Shown: in pieces, positions 57,007-64,000 of the stretch
Position numbering within the stretch: position 1 is the stretch's first letter
Layout of the letters: the number at the start of each line of letters is the position of its first letter
Source: the human T2T-CHM13v2.0 reference genome, Homo sapiens
Assembly (NCBI RefSeq): GCF_009914755.1
Contig: NC_060929.1
Length of the DNA: 64,000 nt
Reading direction: 5' to 3' (one strand)
The notes under the pieces: generated by a model
What the model was told of the DNA's origin: nothing
The model's database searches: none
What the model saw: the letters and a program-made list of their open reading frames with translations, nothing else
Position numbers and translations under genes: made by a program

Positions 57007-57602
57007 AGTAGTTGTCTCTATAAAACTGTCATGAACACTGCACTAGCAAATACTGAAGCTCTGATCCTAGGGGAAATATAGGGCTAGGTTCCTGGTAAGC
57101 CTCTGGTCACATGTTCATCAACCAATCAATACATAACTTGTTTTATAAGTGTTTCTGCTTAATGATATTTTATTTAATATACTCATGGCAACAGCACTAT
57201 AACTCATGATTGAACAAAGTTTATCTAACACATATGTTTTCTCAATAAGATACATCACAGCCTTCTTCCATTTAAGAACACTAGAAAGCACTTCAGTACT
57301 ACACTTGGGGGCCATTTAAACAGTGAAATCACCAACAAAAAGCACAAACAGGTTAAAAAAAAAAAGCACTAAATCAACCACAAAAAGACAATTGTTTATA
57401 GTGTGAGAACTGAAGTAAGAAGACAATGTTGCCTTGTTCAGCCTCAATTGGGAACGAGTCATCAGGTGACTTAAATTTTGAACCACTCTGCACATGTCCA
57501 CAAATGACCATGCAAGTCCTGAGTACTGATTTTGGAGTTACAAATAAATTTTAGTGAGTAGGTGAATTTGTAAATACAGAATCCTTGAATGAGGCTCAAC
57601 TG
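57007..57602 (-). mobile_element. MER82 (TcMar-Tigger)
   Basis: Encodes a Tigger N-terminal HTH remnant MAPKCSTEVLSSVLKWKKAVM; matches recalled MER82. Confidence 0.8.
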
Positions 57603-57612
57603 AATAGATATA

Positions 57613-57948
57613 CAGAAGTCCCTCGCTCTGGGGTTTTGCTTTCCATGATTTCAGTTACCTGGGATCAGCCATGGTACAAAAATGTTAAACAGAAAATCTA
57701 AGAAATATACCATTTGTAAGTTTTAAATTGTCATTCCAAGTAGCATAATGAAATTTCTCACCATCGTGCTCTGTCCCGCCTAGGGTATGAATCACCGCTT
57801 TGTCCAGTATATCCATGCTGCATATGCAACCCATCCATTATGGTCCAGAAAAAAAACACTGTGTACACAGGCTTCAGCACTATCCACAATTTCAGGCATC
57901 CACTGGGGATCTTGGAACGTATCCCTCAATGATAAGGGAGGACTACTA
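57613..57948 (+). mobile_element. MER44A-like (Tigger7) MITE
   Basis: TIR-like ends CAGAAGTCCC / GGGAGGACTACT; CAGGCATCCACTGGGGATCTTGGAACG. Confidence 0.8.
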
Positions 57949-58288
57949 TATTCAGTCCTGTGAGGCCTGGACTGTGAGAGAAGGTACATTTTCAGTTAAG
58001 TCAGCAAAGGAATCAGGGTCCTCAGAGAAGGACCATGTGATGCTCTGAACAAAATGGGCAAGAGGGTACTGGAGGGGAACAGTGCCTGAATGGGCTTACA
58101 TTTTGAGGAACAGCCAAAGATGACAGGGATGAAGGAACTTGATACAATCAACTGACCTCAACATTCCAAATGAAATCCTAGCAAAAGTTATTTCAATGGT
58201 TTTTATGCTTTGACTTATTTGTCTGCCATGGCATCATAGCATACTGATCAGGTCTGGATATGAAGATGTGTCAGGCATGCTCAAACAT

Positions 58289-58394
58289 CAGTACACCCCA
58301 GACTGTTACTTCCTTAAGAAATGAGTGTGGGCTAATATTTAACAGTGTACCCCTGACTGTTACTTCCTAGAAATGAGTGTCGGCTAATATTTAA
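58289..58394. repeat. ~53-bp tandem duplication
   Basis: GACTGTTACTTCCT..AGAAATGAGTGT.GGCTAATATTTAAC occurs twice in tandem. Confidence 0.9.
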
Positions 58395-59452
58395 CCACAA
58401 AAGTCATTGTTTATAATGTGGTATTTACAATGGGACTGGAGAACTAGAAACAATCTATGTCCATCAGTGGGAAACTTGTTAAACTATGTTCTACCAAAAA
58501 AAATGGATTTTTATGATAAAAGCAGTAGCATTTTTGAAATATCTTCTAATTTATGTTGCCAATTCCCACCCCTACCTCTACCTTACCCCTTTAAACTTAA
58601 CCAGCCATCATCAAAGAGCGTTAAGAGAAGGTGGGGTCCTATAATAACATAGATATAAAAGTAAGCACTGTCAAAAATAAAGTATTTATTTTAGCTGCCA
58701 TTTAACAATCAAGCTACAGAGTTCTTCCTGTCTTCTATTAAAACTTCTCCTTAAAACTAACATTGGGAAGGACTTAATAGATGTGGGGAAGGGGAGAGAT
58801 ATGACAGAAAACTGGAGAGGCAGATATCATATAAGACTTCATAAGGAATAGTAGATAATTTGGATTTTACCACAACTGCAATTAGATACTGTCAACAAGC
58901 TTTAGGTGAAGAAAAAGCAACATGATCTCATTTATTTTTTTTTTTCAAAATCTACTCTGACGCAGTGTGGAGAAATGATTGGAAGGAGGTAAAAGAAAAC
59001 GTGGAGAGACAAGTAACTACACCATTGCTTTAGTCCAGGTAAGAAATGATGGTGGCTTAAACTAGGATGACTAGAATGGCAATGGAGTTTGAAAAAGGAT
59101 GAACTTAAGACACATTTTAAAGCAGATAATCCTTTAAAATGCTAAAATTCAGGTATTACAGTGACAATATTATTTTTCCCCTCATGGTATTTCCCAACTT
59201 TTTGTTAAACAATAGTACTTACATCTAAAATTTTTAAAACATCACTTACTTTAAAATAATTCAACTCTAAAGCAAACAAATAAGATACTTGTAAGCAAAT
59301 CCAGGCCTAATATTTGCAAGGTCCACAGCCAGAGTATAAATGAAAGCCCATAGTATATCTCTAAAAATGAAAAAGTTATAAAACAATCTGTTAAATAAAA
59401 TGTTTAATTCATGTGCCTTGATGAAAATTTTAAAATATGTATAAAAGCATGA

Positions 59453-59777
59453 TTTTTTTTTTTTTTTTTTTTTTTTTGAGACAGGGTCTCACTGTCACCC
59501 AGGCTGGAGTGCAGTGGTACAATCATGGCTCACTGTGGCCTTGACTTCCTGGACTCAAGGGATCCTCCCACCTCAGCCTCCTGAGTAGCTGAGACTACAG
59601 GCACATGCCAATCATGCCTGGCTAAGTTTTTGTGGTTGGTTTTTGTTTGTTTGTTTGTTTTTTGTAGAGACAGAATTTTGTTATGCTGCCCATGCTTGAA
59701 CTCCTGGCCTCAAGCCATCCTCCTACCTTGTCCTCCCAAAGTGCTGGGATTATAGGTGTGAGCCACCATGCCTAACC
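59453..59777 (-). mobile_element. AluJ element
   Basis: Alu consensus with J diagnostics and a long T tract. Confidence 0.9.
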
Positions 59778-60312
59778 TAGTTGTGATTTTTGTATGACTA
59801 AAAGTTGACAGAATATCCAAGACAACTGAATTTAAGCAGTATTGTACATGTCTGGATATAATGTTGATGAGCTGGCAGTGTCTAGATAAAAATAAGATAA
59901 AGACATACATAATTTTTAAATTACAATATAGTCCATACAATTTATCTTTCTACCTTAATTTTATCAAATCACTAATCAGGTTTTCTCATAATTTGTGTCA
60001 TATTGCCAGTAAGTATCCAAAGGATTAAAAATAAATTCAATTTATTTAGAGCATAAAAAGTGTTTAATAATAACATATTGATACTTGAAAATTGCCAAGA
60101 CAGTAGATTTTAAAAGTTCTCATCACAAAAAGATGATAAGGATGTAAGGTGATGGATATGTTAATTAGCTTGATTTAATCATTCCACATGTATACATATA
60201 TCAAAACGTCATAGTGTACACTATAAATACATATAATTTTCATGTCAATTAAAAAATAAACATTGATATAAGAAAAAAGTGTTTAAAATTTAAAGTTCAC
60301 CAAAATTTATAT

Positions 60313-60880
60313 ATTTTTTTTTTTTTTTTTTTTTTTTATTATACTCTAAGTTTTAGGGTACATGTGCACATTGTGCAGGTTAGTTACATATGTATACATG
60401 TGCCATGCTGGTGCGCTGCACCCACTAATGTGTCATCTAGCATTAGGTATATCTCCCAATGCTATCCCTCCCCCCTCCCCCGACCCCACCACAGTCCCCA
60501 GAGTGTGATATTCCCCTTCCTGGGTCCATGTGAACTCATTGTTCAATTCCCACCTATGAGTGAGAATATGCGGTGTTTGGTTTTTTGTTCTTGTGATAGT
60601 TTACTGAGAATGATGGTTTCCAATTTCATCCATGTCCCTACAAAGGATATGAACTCATCATTTTTTATGGCTGCATAGTATTCCATGGTGTATATGTGCC
60701 ACATTTTCTTAATCCAGTCTATCATTGTTGGACATTTGGGTTGGTTCCAAGTCTTTGCTATTGTGAATAGTGCCGCAATAAACATACGTGTGCATGTGTC
60801 TTTATAGCAGCATGATTACTAGAAATACCATTTGACCCAGCCATCCCATTACTGGGTATATACCCAAATGAGTATAAATC
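60313..60880 (-). mobile_element. L1HS Ta-1, 5'-truncated with a twin-priming inversion (60818-60880)
   Basis: ACA diagnostic (TGT 60429-60431), 3'UTR G diagnostic (C at 60346), Ta-1 T..G (60869/60872), clean T tract, TSD CAAAATTTATAT at 60301-60312 and 60880-60891. Confidence 0.92.
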
Positions 60881-60939
60881 AAAATTTATATTAAATGTGA
60901 AAAATTAAAAATTTCATACTGGTTTTCAAATGTTATCTT

Positions 60940-61184
<245 letters not shown>

Positions 61185-61634
61185 TTTTTTTTTTTTTGAG
61201 AAAAGATTGATGTAATTTTTTCCTTTTTGAGTTCCAACCCCAAAAATATTCCAGGAAAAGACGGGGAGACTGGACTGGTTCTTCTTCAATGGGCTTTTGC
61301 CATCAAGGAGGACAGTGGACTTGCCCCACATCCAGGCTACCCCCAGCCCACTTCTCCCCTGCTTAGCCAGGGGACAGGGGGGTGGGGTGAGGATGTGGGC
61401 GGGGGGGAGGGGCGGGGGGCGGGGCGGGGAGACAGTAGAGGTGGCAGGGGTAGCCGGGAGGGAGGGGCCAGGGCAGTGATGCTTTCAGGTAAGAATTTGG
61501 GCTGAGGCTGGGGGGATGGAGGAAGAGCTGCCCATGTGCAGTCACCATTGCTCAGTGACAGAGCCTCAAAGCTTGGCCAGGGCTGAAGGTACCACATGGG
61601 TGTGGGTGAGGCAGGCTAAGTTGGATGGCTGCAG
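61185..61634 (-). pseudogene. TAGLN: Processed (retro)copy of a polyadenylated mRNA 3'UTR, recognised as TAGLN (transgelin/SM22-alpha)
   Basis: T13 tail, then minus-strand sequence matching the recalled TAGLN 3'UTR (CTGCAGCCATCC..TTAGCCTGCCTCACCCACACC..GGTACCTTCAGCCCTGGCCAAGCTTTGAGGCTCTGTCACTGAGCAATGG ... GGAATATTTTTGGGGTTGGAACTC ... TCAATCTTTTCTC-An); no coding sequence. Confidence 0.8.
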
Positions 61635-63059
61635 TGCCCAGCTATCATATGTTATCTTTTTTCTAAAATATTCAAAATTATGTATAAAAATTCAAAGACA
61701 AAATACAAATTATAATTAGCAATTACCAAATTTTAAGTAAATTTATTATAATAAAGTTTAAACTTTAATGTGATTTTTAAAAAAACTAAGTCCTATTATG
61801 TATTTTTACAAAAACAGAACTACTCACAATTCTAGAGTTCAAGGCTCATCCACGGCCAATGTCCAGAATATCAGGACCTTCATATATAAAATTTAAGAGT
61901 AATATGAGTTGTTTAACATTGCAAAATATTCCTCAACTGCCATGAGCCACTGTTACAAATATCATCCTAATTTATATCTCCAGAACTACATACTGGAATA
62001 CAAAGAGAAACAAGAAAATGGATGCTCAGCAGCCCTGGGAAATGATACCTCAGTGTGCAAGAATCTACTCCATTTGTGCTAATTAATTTGTCTTTTCCCT
62101 CACCTAAGAACTTCTGTCACTCAAATCCTCCCCATACTCCAAAGCAGTGTCCATAACCAGCATCAACAGCCCATAACCTTCACGGCATTCACACAGAATC
62201 ACTTTTTGCTTCAATGGCAGACGGGAAGAGATGGAGGAAAGTGTTATCTGGAGCCTGAATGGTGTTAGTCACTACAGTGGACATTTGGATTACAAATCGT
62301 ACTATGCCACTTAGTGCTGGATCTTAAATGACACTTATGTTTTAAACATTTGTGATATGTGCATCCTTTAAGTATAAGATCCAAAGTAGGGGGCCCTGTC
62401 ACCCAGGTCTTAAGGTGATACTCTAAACTTTAGGGAATATTTCATCCAGGATCTACTGAAATCTAAGAAAAAAAAATTTGAGCAGATTGATAACAGCTTT
62501 TCTTTTTTAAATGTATATAATGAGAGAGCTGTTAACAAAGTCAAAAGAGTTATTGACAGAAGTAAAGATGGCTGTAGTGGGGGAGAAAAAAAAACAGGAA
62601 ACCTTTCTCTACCAAGTTTCTGCAATAATTGACTAATTATAACATGGATGACTGGGAGTTTAGAACCTACTACTCGTATTTTTCAATCTTAACTTTCCCT
62701 AATATGGTAAAAACATGGCTTCAGAAAATCATCTCATGTCTTAATTCATGCTTACAAAGGTATATCAGATTAAAGGCAATAAAACGTATTTTATAACTAA
62801 AAATAAAACACACGATATAATGAGAGAGCAGAAATCAATGGTACAAGGGCTCTGGAGAGATAAGAAAAGTCAGATGCTCAGTTCTTTCTTTGGATACTTT
62901 TATCAACCAAACTGCCTGCTGTATAAGATTACTGGCCTATAAATTAACTTTTGCAATTAAAGCAGTGAATTTTAACTTGAGGCAAACAGAACCCTATTGT
63001 TCACTAAGTTTTATCACCAACGATTACAGGACAGAGAGATCTATATCTCCAACACTGTA

Positions 63060-64000
63060 TGCTTAAAAAGAAACAAAACTTGTTTTTCAATTATGAAAGT
63101 AATATATGTTCATTATAAAAAACTTGAAAAACTACAAAAATATAAAACAGTATAAAGTATGAAAGTCACCCATAATCCTAACCCTAAACTATTAACATTG
63201 TTATATTTCCCTTATTGTGTATACTGCTCTGCATATTTGAGATCATACTGTGAATCATGATTTTATACCATCCATTTTTCATTTAACTTTATATCATAAA
63301 CATTTCTCATATTTTATTATTTCTAAATATCATTTGCAAGGGCTGCATAAGTCATGTGCAGACTTAGAGTACCCTCTAATTTGCTTAACCATTCCCCTAA
63401 TGTTGGAGGTTTAGGATGATCTTTGGTTTCTTACTACTATAATCACACTGTGATGAATATCTTTATTTATAAATCTTTATCTGCATTTCCTAGTATTTCC
63501 TTAGGGTACAGCTAGACTATGGAAACCAAGGAAATAAGTATTTTTTAAATATCTTGAATGTTTGTCCCCAGTTTTTTCTAATAAGGTATTCTACATTATA
63601 TGTCCACCAATAATGTATAAGGTGCCCTTTTCACCCTCCATTATCAATATATCAGGTATTCATGACTTTTTTCCAGTATTTGATTAACTGATAAATGAAA
63701 ATAATTCATTGCTGTTTTGTTTTCTATTTCTCTGACTACTAGTGAAACAGAACCTTTTTTTGCAAATATTTGTTAGTCTTTATTTGCCCTTCTGTTAATT
63801 GTCCATACATACTAACAGATACTAATCTATTTTCTTGGTGATTCATATATATGCTTCATAAAGAAAAATACTGTCTTTTGCATCATATTTCTTATAATTA
63901 TTTCCATTTTTGTGTCTTAACTTATATATTGATTTTTTTCAAGAAAGTTTAAAAATTTTTAAATAGGCATCTCAACTTTTCCCCTTGTATTTTATTTTGA
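63060..64000 (-). mobile_element. Old L1ME-type 3' fragments
   Basis: AT-rich antisense L1 motifs (GTAATATATGTTCATTATAAAA; ATTTCTCTGACTACTAGTGA). Confidence 0.55.

Overview
Human-type genomic DNA that I recognise as the KLHL3/HNRNPA0 region of 5q31. It holds the first coding exon of KLHL3 (minus strand, ~1.5 kb) and the complete intronless HNRNPA0 gene (CDS 18990-19907, minus strand) with a CpG-island promoter and several tandem poly(A) signals. The remaining ~43 kb is transposon-dense intergenic DNA: Alus, L1s of many ages, L2/MIR, MaLR/ERV LTRs and hAT/Tigger DNA transposons. I see no new multi-gene system. The most notable structures are: (1) an Alu/TAGLN-3'UTR composite bounded by one TSD pair; (2) a very young twin-primed L1HS Ta-1 insertion next to it; (3) a likely LTR-donated distal poly(A) site for HNRNPA0; (4) in-frame ACG codons allowing an N-terminally extended hnRNP A0; (5) a near full-length Charlie3 transposon plus its MER1B MITE; (6) an L1PA with a short 3' transduction nested in an LTR; (7) a strong CTCF motif. 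Repeat subfamily names and gene identities come from recalled consensus sequences, not from a search, and many repeat boundaries are approximate.
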